Assembly: GCA_963675755.2 (NCBI GenBank)
Contig: CAXXMD010000002.1
Coordinates: 2,048,001 to 2,112,000 of the forward strand
Direction of reading: 5' to 3'
Origin: a bacterium
Lineage (GTDB): Bacteria; Zhuqueibacterota; Zhuqueibacteria; Residuimicrobiales; Krinioviventaceae
Length of the DNA: 64,000 nucleotides
A model generated the notes under the pieces. That model saw only the letters and a list, made by a program, of their open reading frames with translations, had not been told where the DNA came from and did no database searches. Positions 10,111-20,109 of the stretch are shown piece by piece (the stretch's first letter is position 1; each line of letters opens with the position of its first letter). A program made the position numbers and the translations under genes.

Positions 10111-10416
10111 ATGAAATACTCTGAAATCCAAATCGACAATCCTATCGATCTAAAAAGCATCAACAAATTCATCAAAGATCTGGGAAACTGTACAACACCG
10201 CAACTTTTGATTGATATCGGCGATCATCATTTTGAATCCATCGAAGCCATTCAAGAGCTAAAAACCAGACTCTTGAACAAAGCAGCCATATTGGATCGTT
10301 TTGAAAAAATCGCTATTATTCATCCTCCCGGCTTTCCAAATGAAAGTGAAGATGAAGACATTTACCAATATTTTAGTGATCAAAAAGAAGCGGTCAAGTG
10401 GTTAAATAAAAAATAA
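10111..10416 (+). CDS. SpoIIAA-like small protein
   Basis: RFEKIAII...YFSDQKEAVKWL pattern. Confidence 0.55.
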   Translation: MKYSEIQIDNPIDLKSINKFIKDLGNCTTPQLLIDIGDHHFESIEAIQELKTRLLNKAAILDRFEKIAIIHPPGFPNESEDEDIYQYFSDQKEAVKWLNKK

Positions 10417-10434
10417 ACTATCAAGGGGGATTCA

Positions 10435-10848
10435 ATGAAATCCATACTGTGGGGTATTATATGGATTTGTATCTTTTTATTCTTTGCATGCAGCAGAGAT
10501 TTTTCTCCGCTGACAACCGAATATGAGGAAAAAACTTTATCAGCAGAAATATTTGTTGCATATGATGAACCACCCTCCCCAATCGGTGGACTTTCAGCCA
10601 TACAAAAAGCATTGATTTATCCACAATCCGCTATTGATGCCAAACTTGAAGGCAGGGTAGTCGTTAACTGCTTGATTGACACGATGGGTTTAGTAAAAAA
10701 AACCTCAATGTTGGTTTCATTATCAAACGATTGCGATAATGCGGCCATCAACGCGATTAAAAGCATTCACTGGCTCCCGGCAAAATGTAAAAATAAACCT
10801 GTTAATGTATGGATAGGTATTCCCGTCGTATTTAGATTACCTGAATAA
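10435..10848 (+). CDS. TonB C-terminal domain lipoprotein
   Basis: Lipobox FFAC; PIGG...IYPQSA...EGRVVV...W.PA...PV.F TonB_C pattern. Confidence 0.85.
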   Translation: MKSILWGIIWICIFLFFACSRDFSPLTTEYEEKTLSAEIFVAYDEPPSPIGGLSAIQKALIYPQSAIDAKLEGRVVVNCLIDTMGLVKKTSMLVSLSNDCDNAAINAIKSIHWLPAKCKNKPVNVWIGIPVVFRLPE

Positions 10849-10876
10849 AAAAAAGGAGACCCTCGGGTCTCCTTTT
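10847..10876. terminator. Bidirectional terminator between convergent genes
   Basis: Perfect inverted repeat AAAAGGAGACCC-TC-GGGTCTCCTTTT. Confidence 0.85.
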
Positions 10877-10902
10877 CCATTTCATGCTTGTTTGTTCCCT
10901 TT

Positions 10903-11367
10903 TTATTTCGCCGCACCTTCCAATGCGCTCAACTTTTCCAATGGGCTTTTGAAAGAATCACCACTTCCCGCAGCCGGAGCTGCCAGTTCGAGCGATTCCA
11001 AGCGCTCAAGTGGACTACCGCTCAAAGGTTCGCCGAATTCCGTACCGCTCATTTCACTATAATCATCCTCATCAGACAGCAATACATCACCAACCTGTAT
11101 GTATTGCCCGTTAAAGGATTCCACCTCTTTGGCTGCAATACCATTTTGCAGTGCTTTAACAACCTCTAAACGGCCAATACGCTGATAATCAAAACCAACC
11201 ATTCGGTATACATCGTACTGCATACCGCGATCACCCAGATCCATATTGGTATTGATCAGCACATAATTGTTGATGATCTTGACAACCTGGCCAATCTCCA
11301 TGGCAGCTTGCAGACCGGCTGTCAGAATCAAAAGAAACACCAGAATATTTATAAATTTATTCATCAT
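10903..11367 (-). CDS. Hypothetical exported protein with a small beta domain and an acidic, repetitive tail
   Basis: Signal peptide; SPLERLESLE / SPLEKLSALE repeat; 15 nt downstream of the OMP gene. Confidence 0.6.
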   Translation of the reverse strand: MMNKFINILVFLLILTAGLQAAMEIGQVVKIINNYVLINTNMDLGDRGMQYDVYRMVGFDYQRIGRLEVVKALQNGIAAKEVESFNGQYIQVGDVLLSDEDDYSEMSGTEFGEPLSGSPLERLESLELAAPAAGSGDSFKSPLEKLSALEGAAK

Positions 11368-11382
11368 AACCTCTACAATTTA

Positions 11383-12609
11383 TTAAAAACTGTAAATCAA
11401 AGAAACACGTTTAAACAAGTTACCGCTTGTTGAATAATCCTTTCCACTGATAATAAAAGGACCATTGTGTAAAAAGTCTGCACCTGAATTGGTGTCAAGC
11501 GCAACATCAATTTTCAGATTGCGCAGGCGGAAATAGAGACCCAAATTAGCCACATAATTGTTAAAGTATTCATTGTACTCGTCAAGCTCATCAGCGCTAA
11601 CTGCAGATTTCATGGTCATCTTTTCAATTAATTTGTACATTGACATACGGAAACCCAGCCAATGGTACAATTCAGCTTCCATACCAATATTTACAAACGG
11701 TAAAATAGTGGTTCCGCTTTCCGGTTGAACACCGGCAGTTCCCGTAATGAGCGTTACGTCTGTAGTAGATGATGAACGCATCATACCGGTTGCACAGGTT
11801 ACCAATACTTTTTCCCGGGGAACAATATCAAAACCCGCGCCAACGGTTAAACTGTTTTGTTTCTGAGTCAAAGATGCAATACCACCGGTAAATGAATTCT
11901 GTTTAACGGCATTGTCATACCCCATACCGCTGTTGGTGTAATTGAAAAAAGGTACAAGTACAACTTTATCTGTCATAGAATACAAATAACGGGCTGTAAA
12001 GCTGATTGTGCGATGACCACTGGGCTCGCGATAAATTGCAGTATCACGAGATGTGTCTTCATACTGAAAATCTCTGCCTGTGTATGAAAAAGAAGCATCA
12101 AGCTGGTTGCGGGAATCCGCTTTGTAACTCACACCCGCTTCAATTGAAGTACTGGACAAGTGACCGTTTTGACTAACATCGTTTACAGGATCAGAATATT
12201 CGCCCTTGTTCGTATAAGAAGCCAGATGAACACCGTAATTAAATACACCGGCACGATATCCAACCAGAATATCCATCTTTTGAGTTGCAACATAACCGGC
12301 AAGTTGAGGATCGGTATACGCGATTGTACGAGTATCATCTGTCAGGTACAATCCCAGGCTGATCTGTGAGGTAATTGGCAAATTTACACCACCACCGGCA
12401 AGAGGATTACCAGTATAGGATTCCATAAAAACATTATTGTCATAGTTAACCAGGGTTGAAGGGAACAGCCAAATATTATAACTGTCAATCACATAATAAT
12501 TGGCAAGATATCCCAGTGACTGTACACGTGTACCACTGGCAGACAAAGGTGCGGCTGCTGTTAACAGCAAACATAGAACGAGGAGCACAATTTTCAAGGT
12601 TTTCATCAA
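11383..12609 (-). CDS. Outer-membrane beta-barrel (porin-like) protein
   Basis: Signal peptide, amphipathic beta-strands and C-terminal ...RVSLIYSF (terminal Phe). Confidence 0.75.
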   Translation of the reverse strand: MMKTLKIVLLVLCLLLTAAAPLSASGTRVQSLGYLANYYVIDSYNIWLFPSTLVNYDNNVFMESYTGNPLAGGGVNLPITSQISLGLYLTDDTRTIAYTDPQLAGYVATQKMDILVGYRAGVFNYGVHLASYTNKGEYSDPVNDVSQNGHLSSTSIEAGVSYKADSRNQLDASFSYTGRDFQYEDTSRDTAIYREPSGHRTISFTARYLYSMTDKVVLVPFFNYTNSGMGYDNAVKQNSFTGGIASLTQKQNSLTVGAGFDIVPREKVLVTCATGMMRSSSTTDVTLITGTAGVQPESGTTILPFVNIGMEAELYHWLGFRMSMYKLIEKMTMKSAVSADELDEYNEYFNNYVANLGLYFRLRNLKIDVALDTNSGADFLHNGPFIISGKDYSTSGNLFKRVSLIYSF

Positions 12610-12842
12610 AGCCTCCTGTAAACATTTTCCAATGAAAATGATTTAATTTGGGGGTAATCTTCTTACCCGTCACTATAAAGGAATGTCTGAAGATAACTTA
12701 TTATTCCTATAAAATCAAGAAAAAATTACTTAACAGCATAAAAAACTTGACGTTAGCCAAAAACTACGTGTCATAAAATTTCCAGCTTGAATTCATCATA
12801 ATAAAATACTATTTTAAGAATCCCAAAAAAAAGGAATCAAAT

Positions 12843-13814
12843 ATGCTGAAATCAATCCGGTTGTATTCGCTTTTACTTTTATTTCTTGCAATTGCATGTG
12901 CAAAACCAACACAAAACGCTACGCCGCAACGTCCCGAAATAATCAAACTCGGTACAATTGATTGTGATCTGGTAGAAACTACCCCCATTGTATTCAATGA
13001 AAAAGTTTGGCGTTTTGAATATGTTAGAATCAAATATGCGCACAATACTACCGGAGATTCGTATTTTCGTTTCATCAATCACGAAACCGGTCAAGCGACT
13101 GCCCCCTTTGCAAAAGGATACCATTTAGGTAGTGCGTTTGTTGAAAAAGATTCTGTATATGTCAGTTGTGTAGACATTTGGGATGGTGAGATTATTCAAC
13201 TATTTGTATCGGCAGATCTTGAGCACTGGACCACTCGAACCGCATTAAATCTGCCGGGATATGGAATTTTCAACACATCCATGTGTAAAGCAGATGATCG
13301 GTATGTTCTCATGTATGAGATTGGTAAACCCAAATCAGAAGCCGGCGTTCGCTTTACCGCAAACTTTGCTGAATCTCAAGACCTCCTGAATTGGAAAACC
13401 TTACCTGCGGAATGCAATTACGCTAAAGATCGCTATACCGCACCGCATGCACTGCGCTACCTTGATGGATATTTTTATGATTTCTATCTAGAAGCCCATG
13501 AAGGTTATGAAATGCGGATAGTACGCTCAAAAGATCTTGTCACCTGGCAACCCAGTCCATTCAATCCGGTTCTCAAAGCATCGGATAAAGACAAACAGAT
13601 TGCGAACCCAAAGCTGACAGATGATGAACGAGAACGGATCCTGAATGCAGAAAACATCAACAATTCTGACATCGACTTTTGTGAATTCCAGGGAAAACTG
13701 GTAATCAATTACTCGTGGGGTAACCAGCGAGGCAAAGAATTCCTTGCAGAAGCAGAGTACAAAGGGACGTTAAAACAATTTCTAACAGGATGGTTTCCAA
13801 TGACAGACCAATAA
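12843..13814 (+). CDS. Beta-propeller glycoside hydrolase-like lipoprotein (GH43/32/130-like fold)
   Basis: Lipobox AIAC; repeated SxDLxxW motifs (SADLEHW, SQDLLNW, SKDLVTW) and NPVL. Confidence 0.6.
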   Translation: MLKSIRLYSLLLLFLAIACAKPTQNATPQRPEIIKLGTIDCDLVETTPIVFNEKVWRFEYVRIKYAHNTTGDSYFRFINHETGQATAPFAKGYHLGSAFVEKDSVYVSCVDIWDGEIIQLFVSADLEHWTTRTALNLPGYGIFNTSMCKADDRYVLMYEIGKPKSEAGVRFTANFAESQDLLNWKTLPAECNYAKDRYTAPHALRYLDGYFYDFYLEAHEGYEMRIVRSKDLVTWQPSPFNPVLKASDKDKQIANPKLTDDERERILNAENINNSDIDFCEFQGKLVINYSWGNQRGKEFLAEAEYKGTLKQFLTGWFPMTDQ

Positions 13815-14126
13815 AAAAAGCTATTTTTAGAAAAATTTATTTTTAAAAAGCTATTTTTTACTAAAAATCTGGTAAAAAAATAATATTTATTTAAAATAAT
13901 AAAACTTTTTGTTGCATTTCAATAATAAATAATGTAAATTTGTAAACTAAATAACTGTACGCCGTTTTTATGCTAGTTAGAAAAATTTGTTTACAAAAAA
14001 TTTTATAAAAAGTTCAAAAAAAAGATTATCGCTGCGAAGAGCGTAATGCTGTTCAATGCGATTTTTTTTTGTCGATACAGCAAAAAAAAGTGTACAAAGT
14101 TTTATTTTATCATGAAGGAAAGTACA

Positions 14127-14327
14127 ATGGAAAAAGGTACTGTAAAATGGTTTAACGGTTCAAAGGGTTATGGCTTTATCACTAAAGAAGACGGCCAAGA
14201 TGTGTTTGTTCATTTTAACGCCATCAATGGTGATGGATACAGAACATTGGATGAAGGCGATCAGGTAGAATTTGAGACCGAACAAGGCCAAAAAGGTTTG
14301 CAAGCAGCGAATGTAACTAAATTATAA
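14127..14327 (+). CDS. cspA: Cold-shock protein
   Basis: [18 protein letters not shown]...DVFVHF...QAANV, 66 aa. Start corrected to ATG 14127. Confidence 0.95.
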   Translation: MEKGTVKWFNGSKGYGFITKEDGQDVFVHFNAINGDGYRTLDEGDQVEFETEQGQKGLQAANVTKL

Positions 14328-14345
14328 TTCTATATACTTGTAAGC

Positions 14346-14384
14346 AAAAGCCCTGTTAATTTATTACCAGGGCTTTCTTTTTTT
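14346..14384. terminator. Rho-independent terminator (probably bidirectional)
   Basis: AAAGCCCTG...CAGGGCTTT followed by a T run, between convergent genes. Confidence 0.8.
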
Positions 14385-14404
14385 ATAGCAGTTACAATTG
14401 ACTG

Positions 14405-16117
14405 TCACCATCCCGCAATCTTGAATTTCACAATTTCTTTTGGTGTCAACTTTTTACTCCCCCTTGCTTTCTGTATTGATTCCACATATGCTTTATCTAC
14501 ACCATGAATCTTAAAATCTATCAACTCGGATATCGTAACACCAGTCAATCCTGTTGAATGAATGTCTCTAATATAATCAGGATCAATGCCATGTATTTTC
14601 ATTTCTATTAGCTTTGACTTTGTCATATTTTTATACCCATATTCTCCAAGCACGGTAATCAGTTCCGGATCAAATCCCTGTATCTTGAAATCAACAACAT
14701 CCGATAAAGTTACATTTTTCAATCCTGCATTCTGAAGTTCTCTAACATAGTCCGGAGATACTCCATGAATTTTCATTTCTATAATTCTCGAATACTTAAT
14801 ATCTGCAAAACCCAGTTTTACAAAAGCTTTAACATATGAAGGCTCTACACCATGAATTTTAAATTCCTCCAACTGTTCAAGTGTTAAATCTTCAAGCCCT
14901 GTCTTGTGCATTTCCACAATATAGTCCGGTTTTACTCCATGGATTGTCAGATCTACAACGGTAGATGCGGGTATATCTGTATAACCCAGTTCAGCAAGTG
15001 CTTTTAACAATTCAGGTTCCACACCATGGATTTTGAATTCAACGAGTTTCGATATGGGTAGTGCTTCAAAGCCCATCTGCTGCATCTCGCGAATGTACTG
15101 CGGACGAATGCCCTGAATTTTCAATTGCACAATTTCAGAGTTTTTAATATGATCATACCCCAAAGCCGTAATTTCTTTAACAAATCTGGGCTCTACTCCA
15201 TGTATTTTAAATTCAGTCAATTGATCAAGAGTAAAATTTTTTAATCCCGCATTGTGCATCTCTTTAATATAATCCGGCGAAACACCCTGTATTGTCAAAT
15301 CAACAACTTTGGAAGGAGAAATATCATGATAGCCCAATTCATCCAATGTTTTTACCAACTCGGGTTTTACACCATGTATTTTAAATTCAACCAGCTTTGA
15401 TATTGACAGTTGATGAAAACCGGCAATATCCATTTCCTGTATATAATCTGCACTGACACCATGAATCTTGAACGCAACCAGATCTTCAGCATCCACATTT
15501 TTATATCCCATATTCGCAAGAGATTGAATAAATTCCAAACTCACCCCATGAATCCGAAAACTGATCAAATCATCTGCACTCAAATCCCGATATCCATACT
15601 GATGGAGCGATTTAATAAAGTCTATACTAATACTAAATATTGCAAAAGAAACCAGGTCTTTGCTGCTGATTCTATTATATCCGAGTTTTTTTAAATCATG
15701 AACATATTTTTTATCAATATTACCAAGGCACAAATGCATCAACTGTGTGTCTGACACATCACCGGAAAGGCTCTTTTGTAAAAAGGATTTAAATTCAGCA
15801 TTCGGAATAAATTCAAACAATCCAAAGCCTTTGTCTTTACTTGTTCTGCCATCCAATATCAATTTGCCGGCATCACTTTGCAGATAAAACGGACCCTCAC
15901 TATTCGTATTTAAATTTTGAAAATCTTTAAAGCTGAACAATCCGTTGGTTTCCCACTCTTTCATACCAGACCAGGATCGCTCATTAAACATCAGTTTCAA
16001 TTTCAAACTATCATCATTGAATTTTGCTACCCAATCACCATGAATTGAACCGGCAAACAATTCTGTTGAAATAAACAACAAAAATAATCCCATTTGTATC
16101 ATTATATGTTTTTTCAT
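14405..16117 (-). CDS. Exported protein with about 15 tandem 29-aa repeats (FKIHGV.P.Y motif)
   Basis: Signal peptide from MKKHIM (16117); repeats counted in the translation; last gene of the ECF operon. Confidence 0.8.
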   Translation of the reverse strand: MKKHIMIQMGLFLLFISTELFAGSIHGDWVAKFNDDSLKLKLMFNERSWSGMKEWETNGLFSFKDFQNLNTNSEGPFYLQSDAGKLILDGRTSKDKGFGLFEFIPNAEFKSFLQKSLSGDVSDTQLMHLCLGNIDKKYVHDLKKLGYNRISSKDLVSFAIFSISIDFIKSLHQYGYRDLSADDLISFRIHGVSLEFIQSLANMGYKNVDAEDLVAFKIHGVSADYIQEMDIAGFHQLSISKLVEFKIHGVKPELVKTLDELGYHDISPSKVVDLTIQGVSPDYIKEMHNAGLKNFTLDQLTEFKIHGVEPRFVKEITALGYDHIKNSEIVQLKIQGIRPQYIREMQQMGFEALPISKLVEFKIHGVEPELLKALAELGYTDIPASTVVDLTIHGVKPDYIVEMHKTGLEDLTLEQLEEFKIHGVEPSYVKAFVKLGFADIKYSRIIEMKIHGVSPDYVRELQNAGLKNVTLSDVVDFKIQGFDPELITVLGEYGYKNMTKSKLIEMKIHGIDPDYIRDIHSTGLTGVTISELIDFKIHGVDKAYVESIQKARGSKKLTPKEIVKFKIAGW

Positions 16118-16196
16118 AACATTCTCATCAATTATAAAATTACTGGTTTCCTGCAGGCCGAGTTTCAATAATATAAACCAGTGTTCCTTCCAAAAG

Positions 16197-16994
16197 TTAC
16201 AACAAGGTCAGAATGCTTTTCTCAATTTTATCCCGTACGTTCTGATCAAGATCACGATTAGCAAGAAGCTGCTCAAACGAGTATATCGATTCTTTTTCAT
16301 GCAAAGATACCATAATATCCGCCAGCATCAACAATACCTGTGGGTTCTTTTGAACATTTATGGCATGCACCAATCCTTCCCTCACCATAGGGTAATCACT
16401 GAACCGTGCCAACGACTGTGCTGCCATTAACCTCACATCAATGTTGGTATCATTATTCAAGGTCATAAGCAACGCATGCACAATAGCTACGCCCAAAGTA
16501 TCCAGATCACTTACTCTGCTTACACCTTGCAGCCGCTGCATCGCAGATGGATGCTGGATCAACGTCAGAGTCACGAGCTGTTTCATATCTCGCATTTCGG
16601 TTTGCATGGTGTTTAAACGGTGCTCATAATTTGTCTGGGGCGTAAACCGCCCTCCCAAAAACCAACCTGACATCAAAAGTACAAGACTATATACCGCAAC
16701 TGCAAACACTTTGGGAGAAAAATCAAAAAAAGCTTTTAATCCCATAAATCCATTCATAAATCTCTCGCTCTTGTGTTCCTGCATTGCGAGCATATCATAA
16801 AAGCGTGTATCCATTCTCTCACTGGGTTCAGGTACGTTGAGCTTTTCCAGATTTTCATTCACAGATACGAGAGATTCAAGCTCTTGCATATCGTAACCGG
16901 CTTTAATCAAAGCAGCCTCTAGCCGTTGTTGTTCATCAGAACCAGGACGGCTGTCCAGATATGCTATTACCAATAATTCTATATTTTTATCCAT
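16197..16994 (-). CDS. Putative anti-sigma factor (single TM, coiled coil, HEAT repeats)
   Basis: Overlaps the sigma stop codon; TM AVAVYSLVLLMSGWFLG; HEAT-like NNDTNIDVRLMAAQSL. Confidence 0.75.
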   Translation of the reverse strand: MDKNIELLVIAYLDSRPGSDEQQRLEAALIKAGYDMQELESLVSVNENLEKLNVPEPSERMDTRFYDMLAMQEHKSERFMNGFMGLKAFFDFSPKVFAVAVYSLVLLMSGWFLGGRFTPQTNYEHRLNTMQTEMRDMKQLVTLTLIQHPSAMQRLQGVSRVSDLDTLGVAIVHALLMTLNNDTNIDVRLMAAQSLARFSDYPMVREGLVHAINVQKNPQVLLMLADIMVSLHEKESIYSFEQLLANRDLDQNVRDKIEKSILTLL

Positions 16995-17538
16995 GATTTA
17001 TATCTTCCATTTGTAAATAAATATCTTTTAATTCATTCAACGCCCGGAACACCTTGATCTTGACGTTTCCTTCCGAGCAATTTAGAATCTTGCCTATCTC
17101 TTTATATTTCAATCCCTGATATTTACTTAATATTAATATTTCCCGTTTATCTTTGCCTAGCTTGTTCAGTGCTTTATCAAGCATTTGTAGATTTTCTTTT
17201 TGAATATAATGTGCATCATGATCAAAATCATCCTCCAGCCCGGCTTCCAGCATTTCAGGCATTTCCTTATACCGGTTGTTTTTGCGGGTGTGATCAACAA
17301 AAACATTGTGGGCTATCTGATACATCCATGCTGTAAAAGACCCATACCCTGAAAACTTTTGCCTGTATTTCAGTATACGCATAAATACATTCTGAACAAG
17401 GTCTTCGCTGCTTTGATGGTCCCGCGTTAGACGAAAAAAATACGCAAACAAATTCTGTTTATAACGTTCAAACAGAATTGCCAGCTTTTCTGTCTCTCCG
17501 GATTTTACCCAAAGCATGATCTCGATATCGGAATACAG
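16987..17538 (-). CDS. ECF sigma-70 factor (start ATG 17517 or CTG 17538)
   Basis: SEDLVQNVF, FTAWMYQIAHN (region 2) and LKYKEIGKILNCSEGNVK (region 4). Confidence 0.93.
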   Translation of the reverse strand: MYSDIEIMLWVKSGETEKLAILFERYKQNLFAYFFRLTRDHQSSEDLVQNVFMRILKYRQKFSGYGSFTAWMYQIAHNVFVDHTRKNNRYKEMPEMLEAGLEDDFDHDAHYIQKENLQMLDKALNKLGKDKREILILSKYQGLKYKEIGKILNCSEGNVKIKVFRALNELKDIYLQMEDINHG

Positions 17539-17582
17539 TCCTGACCTCCAATTATAATAATATCAAATATTGATATTTTTAT

Positions 17583-17609
17583 AAACTGTTCTTTATTGAA
17601 AAGGTTACA
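17583..17609 (-). promoter_or_regulatory. Putative ECF-dependent autoregulatory promoter
   Basis: Minus strand reads TGTAACC-N16-GTTT, matching the general ECF AAC/-35 and GT/-10 layout. Confidence 0.5.
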
Positions 17610-17747
17610 CAAAACTCTTATAATTCTTACTGACTACAAATATTTTTCATTTCTATAATACCAAAATTTTTTCTATATTTACACACTTTTTTGTGGGTCA
17701 AATCAATTTATATTAAAACAATATTCAAGCGAATACCGGGAGTACGA

Positions 17748-18287
17748 ATGCGTAAATCCAAAACAGTATTATTTATCATCTATATATTATTTTTATCATC
17801 CACAGCTTTTTCACAATATTATAATAACAGCGAAAAAGGAAATCTGGGGCTGGGTGTACAGCTCAGTTATCCTTTCTACGGAGTCAGCGCGCAGTTGAAT
17901 TTTATTGATAGAATAGGTATCCAGGGGATTTTTGGATTAAATTCAGACATTAAATCTTACAGCGGTAAATTATCCTATAATGTAATACACAATTATAATT
18001 ACAATTTCTACGTCTATGGTGTTTATGGACGCTACGAATATACAGATTGGGCTATTACCGGATTTTTTTTATTGGAAGAGATTACGGAAAAAGAGAATGG
18101 ATACGGCTTTGGATTTGGAGTTGATACCAATTATCTAAGCAACAAGGCCCTCGTCCCGGTATGGGCCAATTTTGAAGTGGGTTATGGTTATGTGGATTTC
18201 CAATACCTGAATTTTGACACTCCGGCCATTACAATAGGAGTAGGGCTGCATTACTATTTTGATTTCAGCAATTCTTCAAATTTCTAA
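17748..18287 (+). CDS. Hypothetical small outer-membrane beta-barrel protein
   Basis: Signal peptide MRKSKT...AFSQ, alternating beta-strands, IGVGLHYYF near the C-terminus. Confidence 0.6.
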   Translation: MRKSKTVLFIIYILFLSSTAFSQYYNNSEKGNLGLGVQLSYPFYGVSAQLNFIDRIGIQGIFGLNSDIKSYSGKLSYNVIHNYNYNFYVYGVYGRYEYTDWAITGFFLLEEITEKENGYGFGFGVDTNYLSNKALVPVWANFEVGYGYVDFQYLNFDTPAITIGVGLHYYFDFSNSSNF

Positions 18288-18353
18288 CTATCTCTCTTTA
18301 CTTTACTCTTGATTTACTGCATTTCATAGAGTATAATATATAAACGGGAGGTT

Positions 18354-20054
18354 TTGATGAAAATAACCAGGCAACTCATACTTTTAATATTTTTCCTGAT
18401 CTCAAATACATTTGCTGTTGGCGGCAGAACTCCTGTCTATGCTGAAAAAGGGATGGTGGTTACCAGTTCTCAACCCGCTTCTCTGGCAGGCCTCAATATT
18501 CTTAAAAATGGTGGAAATGCCATAGATGCTGCAGTTGCAACCGCGTTTGCCATGTCAGTCACCTGGCCCCCCGCAGGGAATATCGCCGGGGGTGGCTTTA
18601 TGGTTATACATTTCCCCGATGGCAAAGTAACAACGATAGACTTTCGGGAAAAAGCCCCTCTCGCCTCTACTGAAAACATGTATCTCGATAAAAATGGCAA
18701 GATTAAAAATAACAGCAATCATGACGGATTACTTGCAGTGGGTGTACCCGGCACAGTAGCCGGCCTTTGGTTGGCACACCAAAAATATGGCAGTACATCC
18801 TGGAGTGATCTTTTATCGCCCGCAATTGATCTTGCGGAAAACGGATTTCCCATGCCTCGTTCTGTTTATAATGATGTAACAGGATATCTTGCCCCCTATC
18901 TCAATCAATGGCAATCAACCAAAGCCATCTTTTATAAAGACGACAATTCTCCGGTTAATCCCGGAGAAAACTGGCAGCAGCCGGATCTGGCCGCTACGCT
19001 CAAACGCATCCAGGAAAAAGGACACGATGGCTTTTACAAAGGAGAAACCGCGCAAAAACTGGCAGCATTCATGCGTGAAAATGGGGGTATCATCACCGAA
19101 CAGGACCTTTTATCTTATCAGGCTGTCGAACGGAAACCGATCCACGGCACCTACAGGGAATACGATATTTATTCAATGCCCCCGCCAAGTTCCGGCGGTG
19201 TTGCTATTGTTGAAATGTTAAACATGCTCGAGTCATACAACCTGGTTGAAATGGGGCACAATTCAGCGCAATATCTCCATTTATTAACCGAAGTTATGCG
19301 ACGTACCTTTGCAGACCGCGCCCAATATTTGGGTGATTCGGATTTTAATCCCAATATTTCCCTTGAAATGCTTTTATCAAAAGAACATGCCGGTGAATTA
19401 AGAAAAACAATAGATCTCAACACTGCATCAAAAAGCGATTCTGCTCTGTTCAATCAGGCTTATGAAAGTGATCAAACCACCCACTTTGTTGTCATTGATA
19501 AACAGGGTACTGCTGTTTCACTAACCTATACACTTGAACAAAGCTATGGTTCAAAAATCGTTGCTGATGGATTGGGCTTTCTGCTCAATAATGAGATGGG
19601 TGATTTTAATCCGGTACCTGGCATAACAAACACAAAAGGACAAATCGGTACTCCTCCAAACCGAATTGCACCGGAAAAGCGTATGCTTTCCAGTATGTCT
19701 CCCACCATAGTTGCCAGAAACGGCAAACCGGTGCTGTTAATCGGTAGTCCCGGTGGACGGACCATCATCAATACGGTTCTTCAGGTAATTTTAAACACAT
19801 TGGATCATAAAATGAATGTTGCACAAGCCATTGAAGCCGGACGAATGCACCATCAATGGCTGCCTGATGTAACCCGGTTTGAAAAATTTGGTATCTCACC
19901 AGACACCAAATCCCTGTATGAAAACATGGGTCATCAATGCCAGTGGATTAGTTCACAGGGCTGTGCTATGGGCATAATGCTGGATCCCGAAACCGGAACC
20001 ATCTCCGGTGCGGCTGACTCACGTAGCCCCGAGGGCTGGGCAGCGGGTTATTAA
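18354..20054 (+). CDS. ggt: Gamma-glutamyltransferase
   Basis: GGNAIDAAVA, IDFREKAP, catalytic TTHF, LNNEMGDF, KRMLSSMSPT and GSPGG motifs. Confidence 0.96.
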   Translation: MMKITRQLILLIFFLISNTFAVGGRTPVYAEKGMVVTSSQPASLAGLNILKNGGNAIDAAVATAFAMSVTWPPAGNIAGGGFMVIHFPDGKVTTIDFREKAPLASTENMYLDKNGKIKNNSNHDGLLAVGVPGTVAGLWLAHQKYGSTSWSDLLSPAIDLAENGFPMPRSVYNDVTGYLAPYLNQWQSTKAIFYKDDNSPVNPGENWQQPDLAATLKRIQEKGHDGFYKGETAQKLAAFMRENGGIITEQDLLSYQAVERKPIHGTYREYDIYSMPPPSSGGVAIVEMLNMLESYNLVEMGHNSAQYLHLLTEVMRRTFADRAQYLGDSDFNPNISLEMLLSKEHAGELRKTIDLNTASKSDSALFNQAYESDQTTHFVVIDKQGTAVSLTYTLEQSYGSKIVADGLGFLLNNEMGDFNPVPGITNTKGQIGTPPNRIAPEKRMLSSMSPTIVARNGKPVLLIGSPGGRTIINTVLQVILNTLDHKMNVAQAIEAGRMHHQWLPDVTRFEKFGISPDTKSLYENMGHQCQWISSQGCAMGIMLDPETGTISGAADSRSPEGWAAGY

Positions 20055-20109
20055 CAAGCTAACTTGATTTCAATTCAAAAAAACAATTACACAGTTTTTT
20101 AAATAGTAA

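Noticed and set aside
13815-14126. Very AT-rich region and weak hairpin upstream of the cold-shock gene
   Set aside because: Consistent with an ordinary csp promoter and long 5' UTR; no specific RNA family can be supported from the sequence.
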